Assembly: GCA_046705145.1 (NCBI GenBank) | Contig: JBJKQO010000054.1 | Span: 8,199-72,198 of the forward strand | From: Candidatus Woesearchaeota archaeon | GTDB lineage: Archaea; Nanobdellota; Nanobdellia; Woesearchaeales; JBJKQO01 | Reading direction: 5' to 3' | DNA: 64,000 nt | Program-made: the position numbers and the translations under genes | Shown here: positions 28,204 to 38,165 of the stretch, in pieces | Position numbering within the stretch: position 1 is the first letter of the stretch | How the letters are laid out: each line of letters opens with the position of its first letter | Notes under the pieces: generated by a model | Told to the model about the DNA's origin: nothing | Databases searched by the model: none | The model's input: the letters and a program-made list of their open reading frames with translations, nothing else

Positions 28204-30321
28204 TTACTCGAACACAGGGTTTATGTCGCCAAAGGTTGTCTGGTTAGGGAACTCCCTGAAGAGGAGATATCCGTATGGGTAAGGCATCGAATGGAGAAGT
28301 ATGACCCTGTTGTTCTTGTCTTCCATAAGCCAGGGTTTTAGTTCCTCATAATCTGTCTTGGAATATATCCTTGCTGCTATCACGTGCGCCCCGACATCCC
28401 TTGCTTCTCTTACAAGCCCCTTGTCGCGGTCGTCAGTCACATCATGTTCTATGATGTCAAGGCTTACTGCTGAGATCCTGTCCAGATCGTCAATATATCT
28501 TTTTGGGGTGTCATAGTACTGTTGGATATCAGGCGAACCTCTTGATTCGACTACTATCTTTTCAGTTATGCCTATCCTTACTGGCTGGTCTCCCAGTATG
28601 ATGTTTCCGTCTTCAAGCTTTATTGGCGCGCTTCCTATCACCGGAAGCCCTGATCCCATAAGGTCAGGGACAAACCTGTCAGTGAAGCATACTACCTTTA
28701 TCCCTTTCTCCGCAAGATATCTTGCAGCTTTTACTTTTCCGGGCGTGTCGCAGCATCCTACGACAACTGTTGCGTTATACCTGACTGCCTGTTCTACAAG
28801 CATGTTCACTCCGTGCGTGTCGACGACCATGGCAAGGTCCTTTCTTAGGAACCTTGTGGTAGGATAGCTTATCTTGTCAGGAGGAACTTCAAACCTGAAG
28901 ATTCCGTTCTCATCAGGAGCGTACCACTTTCCTGATATCTCTGCGACAAGCGTACCTGAAGCTACTGCTCTCTTGAGCCCTATGTTGCTTATCTCTTTTA
29001 TCCTTGCTCCTTCATGCCATCCCAGGTCATATCTCAGCTCGTCTTGCGGGAGGAAGAATCTTTCAGAGAACACGCTGAGAAGCTCGTCGCCATATGGTGA
29101 CTGGGAAAGCTGCACTGACAGCCAGTCTCTTGTGACCCTGTCAGCCTGTGAGACCAGCATGTCTGAGCTTGTTATTGTGATTGATGAGCTTCCGATGATG
29201 ATGTCTGAGCCGTATCTTAGCTGCTGCTCTGGTTCTTTTTCATCCGAAAGGTCATATTCAGGAACTATCTGTTCTCCGTAAGCAAGTTTCCTGTCAATTT
29301 CGGCCCTAAAATCATCTCCGATCTCTTTCCATATCTCTGAAGCTTTAAGGTAATATTTTTTTTGGTTGTAGTTGCAGCCAAGGGAAGCTATAGTCTCGTA
29401 TGCCATGGCTTTTTCCTCTTTTGATCCTGATGTTTTCTTGTATTGGTCTACTGATGAGCATATGACGAGCGTGTTGTTTGTCATCCTGCCAAGGGCAAGC
29501 ATGACATCTCCCTTTGCAAATGGTGTTATGTCTTTTGCTGAAAGCTCTGTCAGCTCAAGAAAGAACCTGTCCTTGTCTATGCCGCTTTGTGATAGCACTG
29601 AGTGGAAATCCACTTCTGATGGGACGTTCGTGTCTGCTTTAAGTTCTGAAAGGTTCCTCAGAGCTGAAGGGCCAAGGACGATTATTAGTGCTGCCATGAA
29701 CGCTCCGACAACATATTTCATGTAGTTCTCCTTCTTAAGCAATAGCAGGAGTGTGATGATCATGGTAGAAAGAAGCGCTCCAAGGGTGTTGCATATCAGG
29801 TCCCATGCGGTGTTGTTGTATTCCCCAAAATCTCCTGTGCCGTAGAAGAGCACGCCTTCTCCTGGGCCAAGTGTTGAGTAACCTACAAATTCCACTATCT
29901 CCAGCAGCCCGCCAAGCCCTACCGTGAATATGACTGCAAAAAGTATGACTTTCAGGTAGATCGGCTTTTTCTTCGGTTCCAGTGAGATGAAGTAGTAGAA
30001 CAGCATGAGCCCTAGGACAAATCCTGCAGTGAAATGCATTATCTTATCAAAGGGTATGCCTAGATAGACTCCTCCATAAAGCTTGAGGTGGTGCATGGTC
30101 AGTGCCAGGACTCCAAGAGCAAGGGAGTGAAGCTTTAGGTTTATCTTGTTCCTGAACCTGTATACAAATATTGCGAATGCTGCTGAGAAGAACCTGTCAA
30201 AGACAAACTCTGTGTTCTTGGTAAATACTGCCAGGACTCCCCAGATTAAGAAGAACACGGCTGTAATTATCGTGACTGCTTTTATTATCTTCTCTTCTTT
30301 ATTGCCCTTCATCAGCACCAT
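28204..30321 (-). CDS. Membrane protein with an N-terminal multi-TM domain and a large soluble domain of unknown function
   Basis: 705-aa ORF; DKIMHF...LEIVEF...NTAWDLICN resembles DUF2238/VanZ-like membrane motifs. Confidence 0.75.
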   Translation of the reverse strand: MVLMKGNKEEKIIKAVTIITAVFFLIWGVLAVFTKNTEFVFDRFFSAAFAIFVYRFRNKINLKLHSLALGVLALTMHHLKLYGGVYLGIPFDKIMHFTAGFVLGLMLFYYFISLEPKKKPIYLKVILFAVIFTVGLGGLLEIVEFVGYSTLGPGEGVLFYGTGDFGEYNNTAWDLICNTLGALLSTMIITLLLLLKKENYMKYVVGAFMAALIIVLGPSALRNLSELKADTNVPSEVDFHSVLSQSGIDKDRFFLELTELSAKDITPFAKGDVMLALGRMTNNTLVICSSVDQYKKTSGSKEEKAMAYETIASLGCNYNQKKYYLKASEIWKEIGDDFRAEIDRKLAYGEQIVPEYDLSDEKEPEQQLRYGSDIIIGSSSITITSSDMLVSQADRVTRDWLSVQLSQSPYGDELLSVFSERFFLPQDELRYDLGWHEGARIKEISNIGLKRAVASGTLVAEISGKWYAPDENGIFRFEVPPDKISYPTTRFLRKDLAMVVDTHGVNMLVEQAVRYNATVVVGCCDTPGKVKAARYLAEKGIKVVCFTDRFVPDLMGSGLPVIGSAPIKLEDGNIILGDQPVRIGITEKIVVESRGSPDIQQYYDTPKRYIDDLDRISAVSLDIIEHDVTDDRDKGLVREARDVGAHVIAARIYSKTDYEELKPWLMEDKNNRVILLHSMPYPYGYLLFREFPNQTTFGDINPVFE

Positions 30322-30958
30322 CTAATAGTTTTATGATCGCATTCTTGTCAAGATATCCGTAATATGTCTCTCCGTTTATCACAAGGACTGGAAGGACCCT
30401 GTTTTTTACGAAAAGCTCTTTTAATGTGTCAACTACCATGTTGTCCTGGTCTATGTCAAAAGTGTATACTCTTACTGAGGGATCTTCTTTGCGAAGATAT
30501 GTGAGGGCGTATCCCTGCTCCTCACATCTTGGGCAGTCTCCCTGGTTTGAGTAAAAATAGACTATGAGGTTGAGGTCTCTGCCGCATTCTTCTTTTGTCT
30601 TCTGGAGGAACAGGAGGTGTCTTGCCTCAAGTATGTAATAATAGTTCTTGAGCCTGATAACTGTCGGGTCATCTGATCCCATCCTCTCTTCCATGAAGCT
30701 AAGCTTTGATCCCAGGCTGTATAGCTCTTCTGAAAGTGTTGCTGAATCAAGTACCTCGCACGGATTTTGTGAAAGGAGCTGGTACTGCACTTCCATGGAA
30801 AGCGTGTCTATCCGAAGCGACTGCTCCAGGTCTGTCAGTGTGTCCATCTTTGCGCTTGATATCTCATATCCTACTATGAGGCCTATTATGAAGATAAGTG
30901 TGGTCAGCGCGAATACTGTGAGGTATTTTGTCTTTTTTATCTTTTTTCTCTGGTCCAT
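30299..30958 (-). CDS. Membrane-anchored protein with C-terminal thioredoxin-like CxxC domain
   Basis: N-terminal TM helix; YFYS...CPRC and PVLVING. Confidence 0.8.
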   Translation of the reverse strand: MDQRKKIKKTKYLTVFALTTLIFIIGLIVGYEISSAKMDTLTDLEQSLRIDTLSMEVQYQLLSQNPCEVLDSATLSEELYSLGSKLSFMEERMGSDDPTVIRLKNYYYILEARHLLFLQKTKEECGRDLNLIVYFYSNQGDCPRCEEQGYALTYLRKEDPSVRVYTFDIDQDNMVVDTLKELFVKNRVLPVLVINGETYYGYLDKNAIIKLLDGADEGQ

Positions 30959-30959
30959 C

Positions 30960-32213
30960 TTACTTGTAGGTCTGAGCAGACCTTGCCCCCCATGATACTT
31001 TCTTTCCTAAAAATGTGTATATCCCTGCAAAAAGCCACCAGAATCCGAAAAGGGCCCAGTAGACTATAAGATAAAGGAAATAGAAGAACCTGATCTTTGT
31101 CTTCTCTTTTGAGAGCCTCTTGGCTATGACCACTATCCCTATTCCCAGGAAGAGGGAACATAACGAAAGGACTGTGAGCGAGTTAAAGCCCATGTAGAAC
31201 GTGTCAAAGCTCATGTTCTGGAAAAGCCTCCAGAACTCAAAATTGATCGATGCAAGGTTCTGGTAGTTTTGTATTATTGTCCTTGTGACTATTTTATATG
31301 AAGTATAAAATAGTGTAATTAGGACTAGCAGCACAGAGAAGAATGATGCTGGAAGGACGAAAAGCCCGAGGTTCCCGTGTTTGGGATGGAACAAGCCCCT
31401 GTAGTTCATGACGTTTTCAGTGAACCCTATGTACCATCTTAGTCTTTGCTTGAGAAGCGGCTTGAACTTTTTAGGTGATACTGTGAAGACGCTTGCTGAT
31501 ACTGAGTTTTCTATTATGTAATTTTTTTCCTGGATCCTTAACGCTATCTCTATGTCTTCTGTGAGGTTGTGCTCGTCGTATCCCCCATACTTGTCAAAAA
31601 AGCTCTTCCTGTATATTGTGAGGGGCCCAGGAGTCACGTGTATGCTTCCAAGGAACGCGAAGACTTTCCTGAGGAATATCCCTATCAGGTATTCTACGTA
31701 CTGTATCCTTTGGAGCGTGTTTTTCGGGTCGTGCACCTTGAGTGAGGGAGTTACGGCCATGACATTCTTGTCTTCGAAATAGCCTACCATCTCCTTTAGT
31801 GCCTGGCTTGATGCGAACGAGTCTGCGTCAAGAGCTGCGAAAAGATCTGAATCAGAACTACGAAGCGCAAAGTTAAGCGCTGAGGCCTTGCCTCCGTTTT
31901 CCTTCCTGAATACCTTGACCCCGAATCTTTCGAAGTTCTTTGATATCTCATATGTCCTATCTTTGCTTCCGTCATCTACGACCATTATCGTCAACTTGTC
32001 TTTTGGATAATCCAGGTCGACAAGCGACTTAAGTGTCTTGGCGATAGTCTTCTGCTCATTGTATGCTGGAACGACAACCGTAACTGTCGGGTACGCTCTT
32101 GGCCTGGGAGACGCTATCTTGTCCTTGTTCTCAAAAAGCGTAAGAAGGAAGAATATAGCTGTGAATAGGCCAAAGTAGGAAATCACATACATCAATATCG
32201 CTCCGAACTCCAT
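30960..32213 (-). CDS. GT2 family processive-type glycosyltransferase (PgaC/CesA-like)
   Basis: VPAYNE, DDGSKD, GKASALN, DADS, TED and QRLRW motifs with flanking TM helices. Confidence 0.93.
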   Translation of the reverse strand: MEFGAILMYVISYFGLFTAIFFLLTLFENKDKIASPRPRAYPTVTVVVPAYNEQKTIAKTLKSLVDLDYPKDKLTIMVVDDGSKDRTYEISKNFERFGVKVFRKENGGKASALNFALRSSDSDLFAALDADSFASSQALKEMVGYFEDKNVMAVTPSLKVHDPKNTLQRIQYVEYLIGIFLRKVFAFLGSIHVTPGPLTIYRKSFFDKYGGYDEHNLTEDIEIALRIQEKNYIIENSVSASVFTVSPKKFKPLLKQRLRWYIGFTENVMNYRGLFHPKHGNLGLFVLPASFFSVLLVLITLFYTSYKIVTRTIIQNYQNLASINFEFWRLFQNMSFDTFYMGFNSLTVLSLCSLFLGIGIVVIAKRLSKEKTKIRFFYFLYLIVYWALFGFWWLFAGIYTFLGKKVSWGARSAQTYK

Positions 32214-32260
32214 TTTACCTGCCTATCACCTCCTTGTTTTCAAAGGGTTAATCATAGTTT

Positions 32261-33664
32261 TTAAATCTTACTGTTCAGGCTTACTTCCCATATCTCCACT
32301 CCTCCTTCAGAATACACTTTTCTGAAGGTTTCGCGGTTTAGGAAAAGGAACAAAAGCCCCTGTTCATCCTTGTTCCAGACAAGCCCTTGCCTCATCTTAT
32401 CGTTGATCCAGACATACTTTATCCTGTTCTTTTGCATCAGGCCTGCTGTCGTCTCAAGGTCTCTTGACTGCAGCATGGTCTGGCTCTCTATGAACCTTAT
32501 GTCGTTTTTGGTGTTCATGTCGATGAAAGGATGTCTCTGCGAGTAATACTCTACCCAGAAACCGTATTCTCTTGCGGTGAGGACTATGTCATCTGGTGTT
32601 GAGTGTGATTTGAGCCACTTGAAGCTCTGCACATATTCCGTCACTGGATCTTCTTTTGACAGCTGTTTTACCATTGATATTGTGGGGAAGATCAGGCCGC
32701 ACACTACAAGTATGACAGACAGGCCTTTTATCGTCTGAAGATCCCATCTTATGCTAAACAGCTTTACAAATCCCGATCCTGCAAATATGCAGAATACTAT
32801 GTTAAGGTAAGCGTTCGCTTCGCGGCTGAAAAACGAGATCACTATGATACCTAAAAGGATCAGCAGAAGGTGAAGCATCTCTTTTTTTCCTGCGCGCCAA
32901 AGCATTGCTGCTCCAAAAAATGCAAGCATTATCATGAATAGGCTTATTCCGAGAGGGGATCCAAGCTCAGACAGGTAGTTGACAGATACTGCCACTATCC
33001 CCTTGTCAAGTATGGATGAAGCTATGAAGGTGCTGTAGCTTTTTGATATGAGGAGTGAAGCTATAAGGAACGCTAATACGAGTATGGTCTTTTTTGACCT
33101 GTTCCTGAAGTATGAAGCGTATGCTGCAAGCAGTAAAGCTGCTGCCAAAAAATGCACAAGCCCAAAGAAGGGTATCATCACAAAAAATGGTATCGAAAGG
33201 AAAAAAAGCTTGTTTTCTTTGCCGATAAAGTATGCTCCTGCCAGGAAGATTGCTATGACTGCTGAAGCTGGCCTTGCGAAGATGAACTATACAAGAAAAG
33301 CAGGTGTGATAGCAAGTATGAAAGATGATATGAAACTCTCATTTTTGGGAAGTCCTGCTTCTTGGAGGATGAGGAAGAACAATATTATGCTTATGACTCC
33401 AAAAGCGATGGGTATCACTATAGCTGCCAGGTCCAAAGGAAGGTAAGAATATGCTAGGATGTACGGAAAGAATCCGTATTCTCCAGATTCGCCTGCCCTT
33501 ATCTTCTGCGCCGATATTATGTTGTAATAGGTATCGTCGCCTATCACAGGGTACTGCTCTGAAGCAGAACGTATAAGGTATGGTGAACAAAGTATCACCA
33601 GGGCTGTCAGGGCTAAAGCAAAGAAGAAGAATTTCTCTGTCCAGTTAATCTCTTTGTATCTCAT
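32261..33664 (-). pseudogene. GT-C/AglB-like membrane protein gene interrupted by an in-frame TAG (33287-33289)
   Basis: ORFs 33287..33664 and 32261..33181 are in the same frame; the sequence between them reads ...ITPAFLV*FIFARPASAVIAIFL... with no other stop. Confidence 0.75.
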
Positions 33665-33665
33665 C

Positions 33666-35192
33666 TTATCCTGATTTGCTTAGCTCACATATCTTCTTGT
33701 ATATCCTTTGCTGGTCATCATATACCAGGGTGAAACAGTTCTGGTCTGTTAGGTAGCTTACGTCTGTGATATTGTAGTATGACATCCCTCTTCCTGACAG
33801 GTATATGTAGTTTACGCCGTATTTCTCAAGCACCTCAAGGGCCTTTGTCTCAAACCTTATGGTGTACGCTGTCCTTATGTCATCAAACCTCTGGTCGACA
33901 TCGCTTTGGTACAGAAAGTTTGAGTCCATCACGTTTTTCCTTTTTGCTTCAAATGCCAGCACGTTTCCTTCAAAAGGTGAAGCGAGAACAACCGAAGATT
34001 GTGGGGAGTTTTCGCTTAAGAAAGCCATAGCCTTTATCTCGCTCTGGCGAAAAGCCCCAGTGTTAAGCCTGTCAGAAAATATGAGTGAAGGGAACAATGA
34101 TGTCAGGACAAGAAGTGCCATTATTATGATTACGAACATGGCCTCTACCTTGACATATCTTATCTTTCTCACGTAGGATATGGAATCCCTGAGAAACTGT
34201 GATGATAATATGGTCAGGAAGAACCCTGTGAAGATAAGGGCGGTCTCAAACTGCACCATCTTGAGAAACATGAGGATTATGACTGACAGGGAAAGCATGG
34301 CAAAAAGGTATATGTGCTTCCTTTTCTCTACAAGTGTGTACTTGAATATCGTGTACATCCCAAACACGAAAGGGATAAGCCCTATAAGGGCGAACGCCTC
34401 TGCTATGTTTATGCTTGTAAAATATGAATCTGCTATCTTAAGCGGGATGTTGTTCCATAAGGCAAGCGGGCCGTGGAGGAGAAATGCTTTCTTGTAAAGC
34501 ACAAGCTGGGACCATATTATGAAAAAGAATGTGAAGAGTACTGTCTCTAGTTCTGCCTTGCGGTAGTCTGCCTTTTCAGCCCTTACCAGTATGACATAGA
34601 ACAACAGGCCTGCTCCGACAAGGGCAATGCTTGAATGTGTGAGAGATAGGGCGGCAAGCGAGGCGAGGTAGTAGTAGACGTATTTCACGTGTTTTTTTAT
34701 CATCATGAAAGAATATATCATGAACAATGATAAAGGCACTGCAAGCGAGAATGGCGAGACAGTATTTATGGTCTCCTTCATGTATACAGGGATGAATGTT
34801 GCGCCAAATGAGGTTATCAGCGCCACGTTAGTGTTCTTGGTCATCTCCCTTGCTATAAGAAATGTAATGAAGACTACTGTCGAAGCGAGTATGTTTGGTA
34901 TGATCTTTCCGACAAGCTCAATCTTCATGAAAGCTCCAAATGTCGCAAGCACGTAATAAAAAAGCGGGGGGAACATGTGAAACCTTCCGCCATAGCTAAG
35001 CGGATCATTGAAAAGTGGAAGGCCTGTCTGCAATATGCTTTCCACCTGCCTAAGGCCAAAATATGCAGAATCTACAGCGAAGTTAGGCGTCTTGAACGCT
35101 ACTATCAGCCTTACAGCTATGCTGAACAGGAATATCATTGGAAGTATCCAGTAATGGGGATTCTTCGGCTTGAGTTTCTTAAGTGAAGCCAT
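33666..35192 (-). CDS. GT-C/AglB-like polytopic membrane protein
   Basis: DSAYF loop, multiple TM helices, C-terminal periplasmic-type domain ending Y.V.YIY; paralogous layout to the adjacent gene. Confidence 0.78.
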   Translation of the reverse strand: MASLKKLKPKNPHYWILPMIFLFSIAVRLIVAFKTPNFAVDSAYFGLRQVESILQTGLPLFNDPLSYGGRFHMFPPLFYYVLATFGAFMKIELVGKIIPNILASTVVFITFLIAREMTKNTNVALITSFGATFIPVYMKETINTVSPFSLAVPLSLFMIYSFMMIKKHVKYVYYYLASLAALSLTHSSIALVGAGLLFYVILVRAEKADYRKAELETVLFTFFFIIWSQLVLYKKAFLLHGPLALWNNIPLKIADSYFTSINIAEAFALIGLIPFVFGMYTIFKYTLVEKRKHIYLFAMLSLSVIILMFLKMVQFETALIFTGFFLTILSSQFLRDSISYVRKIRYVKVEAMFVIIIMALLVLTSLFPSLIFSDRLNTGAFRQSEIKAMAFLSENSPQSSVVLASPFEGNVLAFEAKRKNVMDSNFLYQSDVDQRFDDIRTAYTIRFETKALEVLEKYGVNYIYLSGRGMSYYNITDVSYLTDQNCFTLVYDDQQRIYKKICELSKSG

Positions 35193-35393
35193 CTATTGCA
35201 GCACAATGCATGGAAGGTATATAAAAGTTTAGGGTTTGGAGGTGTTTGAGGTATCGATCCGGAAGACATAACATGGATGATTTTTGTAAAGTAATATATC
35301 CATTTTAAAAAAGATATCTGTCCAATGAATAGACACTACTCTTAAGTAAAAATTAAAGAAAGGTTTATAAAAAGCGACTAACCTCTCATCTGG

Positions 35394-36608
35394 ATGGAGA
35401 AGAAAGCGAATCTTGCTGAAATCCTTTCAGAATATGAAAAAAAGTATCCTGGACTTACTATTTTTCATCATGATCTTTTTTTTCATGTCAATAATCCAGG
35501 TGAGACAAGGATTGAGCCCGCTAGAAAGATCGAGGATCTTTTTCTGTTAAGTAGGGATATCGCTTCATGTGATGAAGATCCAAGATTGGTCAGATTGTAT
35601 CTTGATAAGGTCGACGAGGTGGCTATCAAGACAGCGATGATACAAATCAGGGGTACTAGGGGGTTTAGTCAGCTTGGGCATTACCTATATATTGAACGAT
35701 ATGTCGAAGAAAATCCTGGGTTCATAAGTACGATAAGGCAGGCTGCCCTGGGTATCCTTGCAGATGCAAGAAGGTTTCCCAAGCAGGAGAGGTATATCGG
35801 TGCTGAAGTCATCGCTGATGCCTTTGGCGCTGCTTTTACAGAACTAGGCATCCAAGACCATGTCCAGATCAATATAACAGCTGGCAACTCGATGTGCATG
35901 GACCAAGATGGAACTCTCAATATAGGTCAGGAACTGATGAAGTCAGAGCTTGAGCTTGTCAAGTCTATCTCTCATGAAACACTGCATGCTATGCCTATCG
36001 TCAACAGCAGGGATCAGAGTAGGTTAATACTCCCACTTTCACGTTTTGGCCTGCCAAATTATGAATCAAGCATAGAAGGATTCACAGATCATGCTGAAGG
36101 ATTGACGTTTGAAGAGCTAAAAAACGCAGGGCACATCGATGATTCTCAGGTAGATGCCATCTTAGGACTGAATCTGAGGAAGATGGCAGCTTATGTTATC
36201 GCAATATTAGATTATGCTGATGGAATGACCAGGAAAGAGCTTTATGACGTTCTAAAAAGAAACGTCTTGAGAAAGGGTAATAAAGATGATGAAAAAATCG
36301 CAAGGGAAGTTGCCATGCGAGTAAAAAGGGCAAGTGATGATCCTGATAATGGTGTTCTCGGATGTTTCCCAAAAGATATCATCTATCTTGCTGGAAGGAT
36401 TAGGGTTAAAGAATATCTAAAAGGAAAACCTATCCCTGAAGCAGTGATGGTGGCTGATATGGATGTAAATCATATTCCTATGATGGAAAGCCTTATCACG
36501 GAAAATATTGTGAAGCCTCCACTATATAAGCACAGGCCTGTCTTAGATATAATGGTCGAGATCCTCCAGGGTAAGTACAGAAGAGATGTGCAGGATCATC
36601 ACAGATAG
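35394..36608 (+). CDS. DUF1704/MATCAP-like zinc metallopeptidase
   Basis: HETLH (HExxH), downstream EG motif and KDIIYLAG. Confidence 0.75.
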   Translation: MEKKANLAEILSEYEKKYPGLTIFHHDLFFHVNNPGETRIEPARKIEDLFLLSRDIASCDEDPRLVRLYLDKVDEVAIKTAMIQIRGTRGFSQLGHYLYIERYVEENPGFISTIRQAALGILADARRFPKQERYIGAEVIADAFGAAFTELGIQDHVQINITAGNSMCMDQDGTLNIGQELMKSELELVKSISHETLHAMPIVNSRDQSRLILPLSRFGLPNYESSIEGFTDHAEGLTFEELKNAGHIDDSQVDAILGLNLRKMAAYVIAILDYADGMTRKELYDVLKRNVLRKGNKDDEKIAREVAMRVKRASDDPDNGVLGCFPKDIIYLAGRIRVKEYLKGKPIPEAVMVADMDVNHIPMMESLITENIVKPPLYKHRPVLDIMVEILQGKYRRDVQDHHR

Positions 36609-36672
36609 GCAAACAGGTTTTGCTGATGTTCAAACGCATAAATATAAATATTGAGGATGGTTTTCTGGATGC

Positions 36673-37350
36673 ATGGGGTCGGAAAGGATCAGCACGGGAT
36701 GCTCTGTGCTTGATGAGTTCTTGGAAGGAGGATATGAGACTGACATAATCACTACTGTATACGGTCCTGGTGGGAGCGGGAAGACAAACCTTTGCATGAT
36801 CGCTGCGATATCAATGATCAAGTCAGGAAAGAAGATAATCTATATAGATACTGAAGGAGGGTTCTCTGTCGAGAGGCTTAAGCAGGTCGATCCGGACTAT
36901 GAGAACACTGTCAAGGGCATGCTTTTTCTTAAGCCGACGTCTTTTGCAGGCCAGAAGAAGGCTTTTGAGAAGCTAAAAGAGATAGTGGACGAAAGGATCG
37001 GGCTGATAATAGTTGACACGATAGCTAACCTTTATAGGGTCGAGCTTGCAAAAAAGGAGGAGAAGTTTCAGGCAAACCGCGAGCTTGGGCTGCACATGTC
37101 TTATCTTTCGGAGATAGCGCGAAAGAAGAAGATCCCTATCCTTGTTACAAGCCAGGTCTATCAGAGCTTTGATGATGGTTCTGTCCGCGTGGTAGGTGGT
37201 GATGTGCTGAAGTACGGAAGCAAGTGCCTTATAGAGATCCAGCAGGGACATAATGGAAAGCGCAAGGCGATACTTATCAAGCACCGCTCGATCGCAGAAA
37301 AAAAAGAGGTCCTGTTCAGGATAGCTGAAACAGGTATCGAAAGGGCTTGA
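36673..37350 (+). CDS. radB: DNA repair and recombination protein RadB
   Basis: YGPGGSGKTN, YIDTEGGFS.ERL and the RadB basic patch KHRS. Confidence 0.96.
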   Translation: MGSERISTGCSVLDEFLEGGYETDIITTVYGPGGSGKTNLCMIAAISMIKSGKKIIYIDTEGGFSVERLKQVDPDYENTVKGMLFLKPTSFAGQKKAFEKLKEIVDERIGLIIVDTIANLYRVELAKKEEKFQANRELGLHMSYLSEIARKKKIPILVTSQVYQSFDDGSVRVVGGDVLKYGSKCLIEIQQGHNGKRKAILIKHRSIAEKKEVLFRIAETGIERA

Positions 37351-37355
37351 AAATC

Positions 37356-37958
37356 TTACTCCTCAGCGAAATCTTCAAGTGAGTAATCTTTCAGTTCTTC
37401 TCCATCTTTTAGGATCCCTCTTGACTTGAGGTATTCCCTTGCAAGAACGTAAAATATGAGCCCCAGGCTTTTCTTTCCTTTGTTGTTGCATGGAAGGACA
37501 AGATCTATGTTGTTTGCGTTGTTGTTCGTGTCGCATAGCGCGATAACAGGCACTCCTATCAGAAGCGCGTCCTTTATCGCGTTCCTGTCTGGCCATGCGT
37601 CAGTCACGATTATAAGCTTTGGTTCCATGTAGCTCTTAAGGTTAGGGTTTGTCAGGATCCCTGGAGGGTACCTTCCTGCATAGACGTTTGCTCCTGTGAC
37701 CTTTCCGAAAAGCTTAAGTGGTTTCCATCCGTTCTCCCTTCTTGAGACTATGAGTATCTCTTCTGGCTGGTACTGGGAGATGAAGTTTGCTGCTGTCTTT
37801 AGCCTTTCATCTATCTTCTGGAGGTTAAGGACTGAAAGCCCGTCACTTCTCGTCTTGTAGATGAAGTTTTCCATGTATTTTGTCCTAAACTTTGTCCCTA
37901 TGTGGATCCCTGCCTTCAGGTAAGTGTCCTGAGGTACTAGCAATGATTCTTCTGCCAT
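37356..37958 (-). CDS. rps2: 30S ribosomal protein S2 (archaeal uS2)
   Basis: YLKAGIHIGT, GRYPPGILTN, IALCDTNN and PCNNKG. AGGTGA RBS before ATG 37958. Confidence 0.98.
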   Translation of the reverse strand: MAEESLLVPQDTYLKAGIHIGTKFRTKYMENFIYKTRSDGLSVLNLQKIDERLKTAANFISQYQPEEILIVSRRENGWKPLKLFGKVTGANVYAGRYPPGILTNPNLKSYMEPKLIIVTDAWPDRNAIKDALLIGVPVIALCDTNNNANNIDLVLPCNNKGKKSLGLIFYVLAREYLKSRGILKDGEELKDYSLEDFAEE

Positions 37959-38165
37959 ATCATTCACCTTTAGTTCATGTTATTTATGATGTCTGTGTTT
38001 TTTATCGCCTCACACAGCTCTTGCGCGCGACCTAGCTGGTCATGCGCTTTAGGCGCTATAGGCTAGGAACCAAGTTTCATTTAAAAAGGTTTTGGTTTTA
38101 GAAAAAAGATGAAGTTTTTTTGCCACACCCCAAATTATAAAAGATAAAACTTATCCTTACAGGAC

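Noticed and set aside
33287-33289. Pyrrolysine or genome-wide TAG recoding
   Set aside because: No pyl genes in the window, and TAG terminates other genes normally.
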